Assembly (NCBI GenBank): GCA_965218695.1
Contig: OZ244651.1
Location: 1,024,001-1,088,000, forward strand
Direction: 5' to 3'
From: Nitrosopumilus sp.
GTDB lineage: Archaea > Thermoproteota > Nitrososphaeria > Nitrososphaerales > Nitrosopumilaceae
Length of the DNA stretch: 64,000 nucleotides
The translations under genes and the position numbers were made by a program. Below, piece after piece: positions 30,491 through 41,232 of this stretch (positions within the stretch are counted from its first letter, which is position 1; each line of letters starts with the position of its first letter). Below the pieces are notes generated by a model. It was given only the letters and a program-made list of their open reading frames with translations. It made no database searches and was not told the origin of the DNA.

Positions 30491-31798
30491 GACGGCGCTC
30501 TCGGCGTAGTTCTTCTGCTGTGGCAGCATCATGTAGACGCACGCCCCGCCGCACATGGTGCACGGCACATTGTTCCCCGGGTGTTGTCCGGTTCTGTTGT
30601 GGATCCGTGCAGCCTCTTCGGGATCAATGGACAGCGCAATCTGCTTCTCCCAGTCAAGGGTGCGCCTGGCCTCGGTCATCTCCGTATCCCATTTGATCGC
30701 CTTGTCCCGAATCTTGACAAGGTCGCCTGCGTGTGCTGCAATCCTGTATGCGATGAGTCCGGCCTTGACATCCTCCACGTTTGGCAGCGCCAGGTGTTCT
30801 GACGGGGTAAGGTAGCACAGTAAGTCGACGCCCTCGCTTGCAGAGATCGCCGCGCCTATGGCGCTTGCGATGTGATCGTGTCCGGAGGCAATGTCAGTCA
30901 CCAGCGGCCCGAGGACATAATAGGGCACGTCGCCAATCAGGGACTTTGCCAGTCGCACGTTGGCTGCAACCTCGTTGAGCGGCACATGGCCTGGCCCCTC
31001 CACCATCACCTGGACGTCCTGCTGGTGCGCGCGCTTTGTCAGCTGAGCGATGTTTATCATCTCCTGGACCTGCAGCTCGTCATGGGAGTCCAGTATTGAT
31101 CCCGGCCTGAGTGCATCCCCGAGGCTGAACGTAACGTCGTATTTTTTTGCAATCTCCATCAGGTAGTCATAGTGTGTCAGGTAGGGATTCTCCTTGTCGT
31201 GCTTTAGCATCCATGCAGCAGTGATTGTGCCGCCCTTGCTGACAACGCCGCCGTGTCGCCTGACTTGGAGTATCCTCTTTGCAATGGCCTTGGTGATTCC
31301 GCAGTGGATTGTGGTATAGTCCACCCCGTCCTTGGCGTTGTTTTCAAAGGCATTCAGGTAGTCATCCTCAGTCAGGTTCAGCGGGTTCTTGTGGACGCTT
31401 ACACCATAGTTGTACGCCTCGTATATTGGAACGGTCCCAAACGTTATGGGCGCCGTATCGAGAAGGCTCCTCCGTATCTCCCCGACATCCCCGCCGTCGC
31501 TGAGATCCATTATCGTGTCTGCGTGATACTTTACAGCGGTCTTGGCCTTTTTGATCTCCTCGCCCAGGTTGACATTCAGGGTGGACGTTCCGATGTTTAC
31601 ATTTACCTTCGTCTTGAGGCCACGCCCTATCCCGACATTGTGTATGTTTTGCGGGCGCCGGTTGTTGCTGGGAATTATGATCGAGCCGCGGGCGATCTTT
31701 GGGATGAGCCATTCCAGGGAGACGTCCTCGTCCCTTGCCACCTGCCGCATCTCGTCAGTAGCGACACCGCGGCGGGCAGCAGTCATTTGCGTAGCCAT
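30473..31798 (-). CDS. thiC: Phosphomethylpyrimidine synthase
   Basis: KVNVNIGTS, MVEGPGH, YLTPSEHL, CTMCGGAC motifs. Confidence 0.97.
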   Translation of the reverse strand: MATQMTAARRGVATDEMRQVARDEDVSLEWLIPKIARGSIIIPSNNRRPQNIHNVGIGRGLKTKVNVNIGTSTLNVNLGEEIKKAKTAVKYHADTIMDLSDGGDVGEIRRSLLDTAPITFGTVPIYEAYNYGVSVHKNPLNLTEDDYLNAFENNAKDGVDYTTIHCGITKAIAKRILQVRRHGGVVSKGGTITAAWMLKHDKENPYLTHYDYLMEIAKKYDVTFSLGDALRPGSILDSHDELQVQEMINIAQLTKRAHQQDVQVMVEGPGHVPLNEVAANVRLAKSLIGDVPYYVLGPLVTDIASGHDHIASAIGAAISASEGVDLLCYLTPSEHLALPNVEDVKAGLIAYRIAAHAGDLVKIRDKAIKWDTEMTEARRTLDWEKQIALSIDPEEAARIHNRTGQHPGNNVPCTMCGGACVYMMLPQQKNYAESAVLQQAE

Positions 31799-31936
31799 TA
31801 GTCAGTATGAACCCTCACCTGATTTAAACAGATACGGTACCCTCCACCTCATGAGGGGCCGTGGCGCACAGGGCCTTCCTGGCACGTGGTGCTTGGCAAG
31901 GTAGCCTATGGCCATCTTGGGGTGGCGCAGGGCACT

Positions 31937-33634
31937 CTACGCTCGACCTTCGGCCGCGGAGTCATTCTCCCCGGCGGGGGCGTCCTGGATTTCCTTCTCC
32001 ATGACACGCTCGGGCAACATCACGGCCGCGAGCCTCTTGGCAATGCGTACCTCCTTCTTCCAGACCGGGTTAGCCGGATCGAAGCGGAAGCGGCGCGTCT
32101 CTTCCAGGAACCTCCAGACCTCCGGCGGAATGGGTTCGCGTCTCTTCAGGAGATCCCAGTAGAGCCTTTTTTCTGCCTCCTGCATCTCCACCGCGCCATG
32201 CACCGGATAACCGCCGAACCCCCTGGCCGTTGGCCTGGGGTAATAGTCCCTTTCCAGCCCGGCATCACATATGTTCAACCCACATCCGTCTTCTAGGCGG
32301 TCAAAGTCGCGCAGCACCTCCTTCCTAGTCATGACGCGCGCGCCGAACACGTGCGCGGCGATAACCTTGGACCGCAAGGCCAGCATTGCTTTTTTTACCG
32401 CCTCTGCCGCCGCGCGGGCGTCGGACGGGTCAAATCCCATGTCCCGCAGGCACCGGTTTACCTTTTCCAGCATGCGCGGCGGCATACGTGAGCCGGCCAC
32501 GCCGGGGCCGATCTTGTAAAAGTGCTCCCAGCCGGATTCGTCCAAGTGGCGGTAATAACAGTACTCTAGCGTGCGAAACGTGCAACCCCCGAGCAGCTGC
32601 AGCTCGGCCACCAGCACGTCCTTGGCCGTGTCCAGCCGCAGCAGGCGGCACTTGGCACCTCTCCCGGCCAACCCGTACGTCTCCACGTGCCCAAAGTCCC
32701 CGCAATCGAGAACAAAGGGAAACACGGGCGCCACGCGCGACAGGACATCCCTCGTGCGATCCATTTCTTGGGAATATTCGGCGCGGCGGATCCCATCCCC
32801 ATGTTCAGGAGGCGTATGACCTCGGATCTTCCAGTTGAACTCCAGCCTGTTATCCAGCATAGACATGATTTCCGCATGATCCGGGAGATCCGGATCCAGC
32901 CGTACCGCTTTTTCGAGAGCCAGCTTTGCTTCCTCTATGCGGCCGAGGTGGTATAGCGTGTTTGCCATGTTGTAAAGCGCCTCCGCGAAATCGGGCTTGA
33001 GGCGCACTGCTTCCCTGTAGCAAGGCATCGCCTCCTCGTACCTGCCCATGAAGTTGAGCACGCTGCCCTTGGAGTCGTGGGCTTTGGCAAGACCGGGCGA
33101 CGCCTTGATCGCCTTCTCAAAACTCTCCAGCGCGTCCTCCGGCCTGCGCAGTTTTTGCAGGACCAGGCCCTTGTTGTACATCGCATCCGCAAAATCCGGC
33201 CTAGCTGCCACCGCCTCGTCGTAGCAGGACAGGCATTCTTCGAGCTTGGATCCGCCCCCATGTATCATGTGATACTCTTCCAGTATGACGGCCTTGTTGA
33301 AACGGGAATCCGCGTAGTTTGGATCGGAATCCTTGACCATGTCTAGGCAGGAGATGGCCTCATCTGGCCGGCCCAATTGATACAGCGCTACAGATTTTTT
33401 GAAGAATGCCCAAGACGCCAGGGGATCGTCGTCCTGTATGTCAAAAGCCTCCAAGAGTCCTAGTGCCTCATCGTACTTGTTCATTTTCATGAGCACGATC
33501 GCCTTGGCGACGCACGCGAACAGGCAGCCAGGATCCGTCTCCAGTACCCTGTCGTAGCAGTCGATAGCCTCATCTAAGCGTCCCTCTCTGTACAACGCGT
33601 TACCCTCTCTGGTGATTTCTTTTAGATTTCGCAC
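31937..33634 (-). CDS. TPR-repeat protein with an unrecognised C-terminal domain
   Basis: About 7 TPRs (YNKG.VL..L.R.EDALE.FEKAI...P) over the first ~260 aa. Confidence 0.88.
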   Translation of the reverse strand: MRNLKEITREGNALYREGRLDEAIDCYDRVLETDPGCLFACVAKAIVLMKMNKYDEALGLLEAFDIQDDDPLASWAFFKKSVALYQLGRPDEAISCLDMVKDSDPNYADSRFNKAVILEEYHMIHGGGSKLEECLSCYDEAVAARPDFADAMYNKGLVLQKLRRPEDALESFEKAIKASPGLAKAHDSKGSVLNFMGRYEEAMPCYREAVRLKPDFAEALYNMANTLYHLGRIEEAKLALEKAVRLDPDLPDHAEIMSMLDNRLEFNWKIRGHTPPEHGDGIRRAEYSQEMDRTRDVLSRVAPVFPFVLDCGDFGHVETYGLAGRGAKCRLLRLDTAKDVLVAELQLLGGCTFRTLEYCYYRHLDESGWEHFYKIGPGVAGSRMPPRMLEKVNRCLRDMGFDPSDARAAAEAVKKAMLALRSKVIAAHVFGARVMTRKEVLRDFDRLEDGCGLNICDAGLERDYYPRPTARGFGGYPVHGAVEMQEAEKRLYWDLLKRREPIPPEVWRFLEETRRFRFDPANPVWKKEVRIAKRLAAVMLPERVMEKEIQDAPAGENDSAAEGRA

Positions 33635-33708
33635 TGATTGATCCCGACGTTCTGATATTTAGGATTAGCACCCTGGGATCTGTTTATTTCTTCGTCACAA
33701 CGTGCCGA

Positions 33709-33811
33709 CGTTGTCCGCATTTTGAGAATCCTGTTCTATTTCATGACGTTTCGGGTCCGTGTCGGCGTCTTGTGTCATGATTCTGAAGGGGTTTTTGGCA
33801 CTGCCAGGTTT
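33709..33811. repeat. Dispersed ~105-bp repeat, second copy at ~63120-63222
   Basis: CGTTGTCC.CATTTTGAGAATCC...TTTCATGA.GTTTCG...GTGTCGGC.TCTTG...GGGGTTTTTGG.ACTGCC aligns without gaps, roughly 80% identical by eye. Confidence 0.85.
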
Positions 33812-34087
33812 ATGGGTCATTTTTGAGCCATTTTCCAGAACGCACTCCAGCACCATCCTGAACTCGTCCGGTGCAACCTGCCCCTTAACCACTTGCGTAT
33901 CCATACGTGCCAAGCCTGGCACCAGGTGCCGGCGTCAGGATAGCCCAACCAGGCAAGTGCAAATCCATCATGGATTCATGCTTGAACCCAGTCGTTGGTA
34001 CCTTGGTGAATACATTTATGAAGACTGATTGAGAATTTGCCCGAATGGTTACTTTTGGATTATCTGAAATTGAGCTGGTTGTATCTA

Positions 34088-35188
34088 TACTGACACGCAA
34101 AAGTCTTTGAGCAAATGCCCTAGCCAACCGCAAAGTTTCTAGATCAGACTTTCTTTCATGGAGACATGGACGACTCCAAACTGGAAGAACTAAAAAAAGC
34201 GTGCAAAAAAGAAAAAGACCACAAGGTTCGGGCTAGGATGGTCACGGTACGCATGGTTCGCGTGTTCAACATGACCGTGGAGGAGACTGCCGACATCCAA
34301 GGACGGAGCCCAAACTGGGTCCGCAACTGGTTGAGCCGCTTCGATGACGGAGGCCTGCAAGGCCTCCGTGATCTTCCCAGATGCGGACGGCCCAGAAAGA
34401 TCCCGCAAGACGTCATCGACGGAATAATTGCAAAGACGGCATGCCATAAAATCACGCCCTCGGAACTGCAACAGAACATACACCATGACACGGGCGTAAA
34501 GCTTCACATCACGTACGTCAGGAAGATCATGCACCAGTACGGCCTGTCCCCGAAGGCACCACGGAAAGTCCATGTTAACAGGGCCAACAAAAAGGCCGTG
34601 CAGAACTGGAAATACCGCTTCAACAAGCGCGTTTCACGCCTAGAAAAGGAGGGATTTACCACGGTAATGGAGGACGAGGCAATCTTCATACACGACGTGA
34701 TAGTCGGCCGTAAATATTGGTCCCTGGTGGGCCATCCCATAAGCGTGCCGTACACCGGCAGCCACAAGAGGATCGCAGCGTACGGCTCGATCGCAAAAGA
34801 CGGCAGGCAGTTTTTCCGGACGTACGAGAAATTTGACGGACCCACGTTTGTCAGATACCTCAAGGATCTGCACCGGCATTTTGGCAAGGTGGTAGTGACG
34901 GCAGACCGGGCCCCGCAGCACCGCTCAAAACTGGTAAAGGAATTTCTGCGCAGCAACAGGGATGTCAAGATGATCTATCTGCCAAAGGGCTCGCCGTACC
35001 TCAACGCGATGGAGGAATGCTGGCACCAAGGAAAGCGCGTCCTGCTCGTCTCGGAATATTACCGGACATTTCAGGACATGCACCGGGCAGTTTCGTTGTA
35101 TTATCGAACCGCCAGGTTCAAGCTTGACATCCTCAAATTTACCAGCCGAAAATATGAGGCATTGTGCACAAACTTTTGATCGTCAGTA
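34088..35188 (+). mobile_element. IS630-family insertion sequence (second type)
   Basis: IRs TACTGACACGCAAAAGT / ACTTTTGATCGTCAGTA, TA duplicated. Confidence 0.92.
34166..35179 (+). CDS. IS630 transposase (single intact frame)
   Basis: DLPRCGRP, EDEA, ADRAPQH, SPYLNAMEECW motifs. Confidence 0.94.
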   Translation: MDDSKLEELKKACKKEKDHKVRARMVTVRMVRVFNMTVEETADIQGRSPNWVRNWLSRFDDGGLQGLRDLPRCGRPRKIPQDVIDGIIAKTACHKITPSELQQNIHHDTGVKLHITYVRKIMHQYGLSPKAPRKVHVNRANKKAVQNWKYRFNKRVSRLEKEGFTTVMEDEAIFIHDVIVGRKYWSLVGHPISVPYTGSHKRIAAYGSIAKDGRQFFRTYEKFDGPTFVRYLKDLHRHFGKVVVTADRAPQHRSKLVKEFLRSNRDVKMIYLPKGSPYLNAMEECWHQGKRVLLVSEYYRTFQDMHRAVSLYYRTARFKLDILKFTSRKYEALCTNF

Positions 35189-35635
35189 TAGGATGAGAAC
35201 TTTTTGACTGTTTTTGCATGGTCAGGATGCCATGTGATTGTGTGCTTGACACCGTTGATCCTGATAGCAAGTTTGTCGTTTTTGATATTCTCTAGAGCAA
35301 GACCGTCTACTTTTGCATAGTGCATCATTCTGTGAACAAGTGGGCTTAGAATTACTATGTTGTATGCATGATCTGCCCCCCCTTTGCCAAGAGGTATCAG
35401 ATGATGGGCTTCAGAATAGCGCCCTCCGTCAATTTTTTTAAATGTATATCTTTTCCCCGTAACCTGACATTGGTTACGATACAATGTTTTTAGATTTTTT
35501 ACAGCCTTTGAATTTCTTGCCCTTATTGTTGTGATCAATTGCTTGGTTTTGGGAGGTGCCTTTTGTGGCGCCTCATCTTCATCAAAAAAGGTTTTTGCCT
35601 GCTCATCTTCTCCAACGTATCTTTTTCCAGTTATT

Positions 35636-36882
35636 CAGCTAAGCGAAATGTGCTTTGATCTAGGCAAAATCTGACAAGAATGCAAGCAGATCAATAAGGG
35701 TACGGCCCTATGGTTTTTGTTGTCTAGACAAAAAACCAAGCAGGGCCGCGATCTACTGAACAATCCAAGAATATATCAAGATGTCGCAAGCGGCATGAAA
35801 AACATGCTTGCCTGCGCCAACACGTCAAACAGGTACAATGCGGTATTTGGAACAGACGATCTAAATCACGGCATGCTGAGGGGAGCCACCATGGATTCGT
35901 CCGTAGGCGGGTGCGCAAACGCGGTAAAGCGCACGCACTGCGACGCTCCCTCCGACAGGTGGCATGCATCGGCAATCAAGGGGATGGAGCAGGGCACGGT
36001 TCAGCGCGCATTCGAAGAAATGGTGGCAGTGCAACTTGACACATTCAAAAAACTGGGCAAATTCCCAAAAGAAGGACTGGACATCGCAATCGACATGCAC
36101 CTCATACCGCGTTATGACCGGGCACCCGGAGGGGAGCTGACCCGTTCCAAATACAAAAACGGAACCACGTATTTTGAGCGTTACATGACAGTCCAGTGCG
36201 TAAACGACAAGATGCGCATGGTCCTTGCAGCATCATACCTCAAAAGGCTCGAATTCGTGCCTGATTACGTGGATGCAGTCCTCAAGACCATGGCAGGGAT
36301 GGGCATCAGGATCCGCCTGGCGCTGCTTGACCGGGAATTCTTCTCAGTCGACACGATAAGCAGGCTGCGGGCAAACGGCGTAAGGTACCTGATGCCGTGC
36401 AGGAACACGCCCAACGTGGTGGAAGCCCTGCAGGATTTTGCACAAGGAAAGAGGGAAAGGATCTCAACAAACGTGATTGAGAACAACCAGGGCTCCGTCG
36501 AATATTCCATGATAATAACTGAAAGAAAAAACGCCAAAGACCCTGATGTCCCGGAAGAGAAATACATCGGGTTTGCAACAAACCACCCCACAATCAAGAC
36601 GGAGGCTTATGCCAAAAGATGGGGAATAGAGACCGGGTACGGTAAAATCGAGGAGTGCAGGGCCAAGACGCGGATTTCGGACATGGAATCGCGGATGTTG
36701 TGTTTTTACTATTCCCTAACATTGTACAATGAATGGATAATCGTCAGGGCAATGCTTTCTGACGGTACCGAAAGGCAGAGTGTCATGACCATGCTCACGT
36801 TCAAGGTGCAGTTGGAATCACTCCTCATACGCCAGTCCAAACCGCCTACCTGATCTCAGATGAGGCACTTTTCGCTTAGCTG
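35636..36882 (+). mobile_element. ISH3/IS4-like insertion sequence
   Basis: IRs CAGCTAAGCGAAATGTGC / GCACTTTTCGCTTAGCTG; 5-bp TSD TTATT (35631-35, 36883-87). Confidence 0.94.
35717..36853 (+). CDS. ISH3-like DDE transposase
   Basis: IAIDMHLIPRYD, LLDREFF, YAKRWGIETGY motifs. Confidence 0.92.
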   Translation: MLSRQKTKQGRDLLNNPRIYQDVASGMKNMLACANTSNRYNAVFGTDDLNHGMLRGATMDSSVGGCANAVKRTHCDAPSDRWHASAIKGMEQGTVQRAFEEMVAVQLDTFKKLGKFPKEGLDIAIDMHLIPRYDRAPGGELTRSKYKNGTTYFERYMTVQCVNDKMRMVLAASYLKRLEFVPDYVDAVLKTMAGMGIRIRLALLDREFFSVDTISRLRANGVRYLMPCRNTPNVVEALQDFAQGKRERISTNVIENNQGSVEYSMIITERKNAKDPDVPEEKYIGFATNHPTIKTEAYAKRWGIETGYGKIEECRAKTRISDMESRMLCFYYSLTLYNEWIIVRAMLSDGTERQSVMTMLTFKVQLESLLIRQSKPPT

Positions 36883-38299
36883 TTATTAACTCAAATTGAA
36901 TATAGCTTATCGAGTTCTTTTTTCTTTATACTGTCGATTTTAACCATCCTGATTTCATCAGTTGTTATTTTAACAGCTGATTCCTGTGATATATATCTGA
37001 AGCCATATTGGCCCACCATTCTTTGCCATCCATGTTCCTTGTACTTGTTCGCATTCAGATACTCTGGAAATAAGATTGATTTTTCTTTTTCAGCTTCTAT
37101 TGACGAAAGTAAGCTACCCCCTTCAAATTTTATTGACGAATGCCGGTAACCCTTTTCAAGTTTTCCCATTTTGTATGCCTCTCCGACTTTAATATTTTGG
37201 CGTTGCCGTAAACGCCGACTATCTCGCCTCGTTTTTTTTCGAGATTTCTCGTAAAAAAGAAAATTATTCCCGGCTCTTCGAATCCACGTGGGCGTCCTTG
37301 CCATTTCGAAAAACCAAACACATGTGTTTCATCACCCAGTCCTTCTTTGCTAAATTCAAAATTCAGTGATTCATTCCCGGGGACTGTCTGAACAGGTCTT
37401 GCACCAGCTTTCTTATTAACGTCAATCTGTCTCCAACCATGACGATTCCAAGTAATGTTGGCCACGATAAACCTTGATTTTTTCATGTTTTGTTCTAAAT
37501 TAATATCATAATTCAATACCCCTAAAGGAGTGGCTGCATAGAAACCATCCTCAAAATAAGGAAATGACACACGCCCCATGGCAGCTGCAAGCCAGCACGC
37601 AGAACAGGAACTCCTTCTGCCTCATCGAATTGCTGTGCGACATGATCATAGAGCCAGACGCGCCCAAAAACTCCGCGTTGTCTGCCTGCTCTGGAAAATA
37701 AACCCCACACGCCTTGGGAATTTCAATCTCGTGTTTGCCAGAGCCAGAGACAGCATGATCCTTTACGTCATCATTGCGATGTGGAGCGATGCCGACTGAC
37801 AACTCTTAACGTGCACTCTGCCACATCGTGGCGTTTCACAAGGTAAGCGGACAGCTCAAGGAAGCCACAGGATCATGAAGTGCATATTCATCTTTGGTAT
37901 GTGTTCACGTCGTGCCTAGAAAAACAGGGAATGTTACCAAAGCACACCAAATTCGTGTCTGAATTAAGCAATTTTCTCAAACCACGTGAACACTTACCAT
38001 CTTTGTTACATGCAATCTGACGGGTTCTCCTGCATCATCGGTTGGTGGCCCAAATCCAGGATCCTCTCCAAATTTACTGCCTGCTTTGCACGTCATTATG
38101 CCACCCCCATTAAATCATGATCTTCTGGGGAGTGCCTGCCTCGTTGTGATGGGCAATCCCGGTCATTGCCATGACCTGCATTGGGAGCAGTGCTGACACG
38201 TCCATCGCGTCAGGGTCAGTCGGCTGCGTGTGCTGTTGCTGTATTGCTGAGAGGGTGATCTGTCTGTCTGTCTGCCTGTCTGTCCGTTCCGGATATGAT

Positions 38300-38589
38300 G
38301 ATCCCCGCTGCGCCTCTGCAGGCATCGTTTTGCCAATGCCGCCGCAGGGGCAGAAAAAGTCGTGGTGGACGATCATCAGTCGCACCAGCACGGGACCCTC
38401 TGCCCCGAACCCGCAGACTGCCTTGACGCGATCCCTGAATTCGCCGTCAAGTCTCTCATGTTTGTTGCTGTGGCCGGAGCGGTTCTTCAGATGAATCTCC
38501 CGGACGTGGATCAGCATGAAATCATTGCGGTTCCAAAACGCCCTACGGGCGGCAGGACAAAACGCCTGCAGGCCGTCTGTGACCAACAC
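38300..38589 (-). pseudogene. Degenerate C-terminal fragment of an IS6-like / DDE integrase transposase
   Basis: LVTDG....., HVREIHLK..SNKHERLDGEFRDR, decayed HNxxRPHxxLxGKTPAE (HHDFFCPCGGIGKTMPAEA). Confidence 0.7.
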
Positions 38590-38760
38590 CCACGGGGTGG
38601 TTCCGGCAAGGAATCTACCGTTTCTGTGATCAAAAACGAGAAGCGTCTGACAAACTACAGCTACATACCAAAACCGATACTTGAAATGCTTGGCAATCCC
38701 GACAAACTAAAGTTTGTCATTTCCGGTGATGACATAATGGTGCGCAGGCCAGACGAGTGA
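38590..38760 (+). pseudogene. AbrB/SpoVT-like small DNA-binding protein, probably 5'-truncated
   Basis: SYIPKPILEMLGNPDKLKFVISGDDIMVR swapped-hairpin pattern; no clear start codon. Confidence 0.55.
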
Positions 38761-38852
38761 ATCTGGAGAAGATCCTGATTTTGTGTCACCAACCGATGAT
38801 GCAGGAGAACCCAGGCATAGTAATAGTTAAATGAAAAAGCAGTCATACCAAT

Positions 38853-39266
38853 ATGATGAATGTTTTTGGGCATCTCTTTGACTGGAAGACCTACATATTT
38901 ACGGCACTTGCAGTGATCTCGTTTTCAAATTTTGTAGCGGTTCTCTTCGGGCAGACGATACCGGGAATAATCATGGACTTTTTCAGGGTGGCCGGGGAGT
39001 ATGTTGTCCTGGGGGCAGTCTTTGTCTTTGCACTGGCGTGGCTTCTCAAGGCAAAGCCGCACAACCGCCCAAAACAGTATTCCGTGGTAGTGTTTGACGT
39101 GTTTGGAAATGTGGACACGATTGAAGGGATCCGGACAGAGTTCAAGACATTTGATGTGGCATGGAGCTTTATGAAGCAGTACAAAAAGTCATATCCGCTG
39201 TACAACTTTGCCATGGTCTCTAATCTTCCAAAGTCAGACAAGCCAACAATATTCAAGTACATCTGA
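38853..39266 (+). CDS. Conserved membrane protein
   Basis: Two N-terminal TM helices plus a soluble C-terminal domain. Confidence 0.75.
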   Translation: MMNVFGHLFDWKTYIFTALAVISFSNFVAVLFGQTIPGIIMDFFRVAGEYVVLGAVFVFALAWLLKAKPHNRPKQYSVVVFDVFGNVDTIEGIRTEFKTFDVAWSFMKQYKKSYPLYNFAMVSNLPKSDKPTIFKYI

Positions 39267-39302
39267 ATCAGATTTTTATTCATGACCGGGTAAGGGGTTG
39301 AA

Positions 39303-41057
39303 GTGGAGTTTTCTATACTGGCCCGGACCTTCCAAAGGATGGAATCGACGGCAAAGAGGCTGGAGCTGACTCAGCTGTTGGTGGAACTGTTTAAAGAGAC
39401 GCCGCACGAGGTCATTCCAAGAATCGTATACCTGCTGCAGGGAAAGATAAGGCCAGAATTTGAGGGGGTCGAGCTTGGCGTGGCAGAGAAGCTTGCCATG
39501 AGGGCAATCTCAAAGTCATCTGGCGTCCCGGTCAGCAGGATTCACGACGAGTACCGGAGTAGCGGGGATCTGGGGCACGCATCGTCTGTGATACTTGCAC
39601 AGAAGATGCAGACTACGTTCCTTGCAGAGAACATTACAGTGGAGAGGGTGTATGAGACGCTCTTCAGGATTGCGAGGCTGGAGGGGCCGCGTTCGCAGGA
39701 CAAGAAGATGAAGTACATATCCAGCCTTCTCAACGACGCAGAACCCACTGAAGCATGCTACATCCTTAAGATCCTTCTTGGCACCCTCAGGCTCGGGGTT
39801 GCAGAAAACACGGTGATGGATGCGCTGGCAGTGGCATTCACAGGAGACAAGGCAAACAGGAAGGCGCTCGAACACGCATACAACGTCTCAAGCGATCTGG
39901 GCCTGGTGGCAGGCACCATATCTGCAGACGGGCTGCGGGGAATACAGGAGTTTGGCGTGATAATGTTCAACCCCGTAAGGCCGATGCTTGCAGACAGGGT
40001 CAAAAGCGAGCAGGAGGCAGTCGGGAAGATGGGCCGAGAGTTTGCAGCAGAGTACAAGCTGGACGGGGAAAGGGTACAGATTCATGTGGGTGGTCAGAGG
40101 GTGGCACTGTTCTCAAGAAGCCTGGAGAACATCTCAGAGTACTATCCGGATATAATGGAGAGGATTCCCGGGGCAGTTGCAGCAGACAGTGCGATTCTGG
40201 AGGCCGAGGCCGTTGCAATAAACGAGGACACCGGGGGGTTCCTGCCGTTTCAGGAGCTGATGCACAGGAGGAGAAAGTACAACATAGAAAAGGCAGTCAT
40301 GCAGTATCCAATCGCAGTCAACTTTTTTGACATACTGTACTGCAACGGAGAGAGCCTCCTGGAGTCGGGTTATCTGGAGAGGAGAAGGATGCTGGAGAAG
40401 GTAGTAAAAGAGGACGGCTTTGCAAGACACATTCCCATGACGCTGGTCCGGGAGGCAGCAGACATCGAGGACTTTTTTGAGAACAGCATCAATGCAGGCA
40501 GCGAGGGGCTCATGCTCAAGACGGCCGACGGACCATACCGGGCAGGCTCCAGGGGAAGCTACTGGCTGAAGCTCAAGCGGGAGTACCAAAACGAACTTGG
40601 AGACAGCCTGGATCTGGTTGTAATTGGCGGATTCTTTGGAAGGGGGAAGAGGACGGGAATGTACGGCACGCTGCTTCTTGCAGCATACGACGAAGACGAG
40701 GACGTCTTTACAAGCATCTGCAAGGTTGGTACGGGGTTCTCAGACGAGGACCTGGATCAGATGTATCAGATCCTGCACCCCAAGGTCACGATCAAAAAAG
40801 ATCCGCGCATCGACAGCGACATGGAGGCAGACGTCTGGTTTGATCCGGAACTGGTAATCGAGGTGGTGGCATCGGAGATTACCGTGAGTCCCATCCACAA
40901 GACGGCAATGGGCAGCATAAGAAAAGACTCCGGACTCGCGCTGAGGTTCCCCAAGTTTACAGGAAAGATAAGGGTCGAAAAGGCAGCAGAGGACGCATCA
41001 ACAAGCGAGGAGATCATAACCCTGTACCGGGGACAAAACAAGGCATCCGGCACATGA
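39303..41057 (+). CDS. lig: ATP-dependent DNA ligase
   Basis: EYKLDGER, EGLMLK, WLKLKREY, DLVVIG, LRFPKF motifs. Confidence 0.97.
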   Translation: MEFSILARTFQRMESTAKRLELTQLLVELFKETPHEVIPRIVYLLQGKIRPEFEGVELGVAEKLAMRAISKSSGVPVSRIHDEYRSSGDLGHASSVILAQKMQTTFLAENITVERVYETLFRIARLEGPRSQDKKMKYISSLLNDAEPTEACYILKILLGTLRLGVAENTVMDALAVAFTGDKANRKALEHAYNVSSDLGLVAGTISADGLRGIQEFGVIMFNPVRPMLADRVKSEQEAVGKMGREFAAEYKLDGERVQIHVGGQRVALFSRSLENISEYYPDIMERIPGAVAADSAILEAEAVAINEDTGGFLPFQELMHRRRKYNIEKAVMQYPIAVNFFDILYCNGESLLESGYLERRRMLEKVVKEDGFARHIPMTLVREAADIEDFFENSINAGSEGLMLKTADGPYRAGSRGSYWLKLKREYQNELGDSLDLVVIGGFFGRGKRTGMYGTLLLAAYDEDEDVFTSICKVGTGFSDEDLDQMYQILHPKVTIKKDPRIDSDMEADVWFDPELVIEVVASEITVSPIHKTAMGSIRKDSGLALRFPKFTGKIRVEKAAEDASTSEEIITLYRGQNKASGT

Positions 41058-41232
41058 CAGGCAGGCACGCAGGGCCGCCAACGATCAAATCCGGGACGGA
41101 ATTTTCCACGATTCTTTCTCGGTCAGATGAACTGTCGGCAGCAGCAGCAACAGCAGCAGCAACAGGCAGTCTTGCCACACCCGTGCACATGGCCGTGCCC
41201 ATTTTGCAGTTATAAGTATGATGAGCCATTAG

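Larger units (their letters stand above)
35189..37486 (-). pseudogene. HNH endonuclease (McrA-like restriction/defence nuclease) disrupted by an ISH3-like IS, frameshifts and an IS630 in the stop codon
   Basis: Low-GC fragments MKKSRFIVANITWN..., ...EAEKEKSILFPEYL... and, across the IS, ELITGKRYVGEDE...ARNSKAVKNLKTLYRNQCQV...YSEAHHLIPLGKGGADHAYNIVILSPLVHRMMH. Confidence 0.85.

Noticed and set aside
37522-38100. Short ORFs between the HNH relic and the IS6 relic
   Set aside because: No recognisable motifs in any frame; likely decayed DNA.
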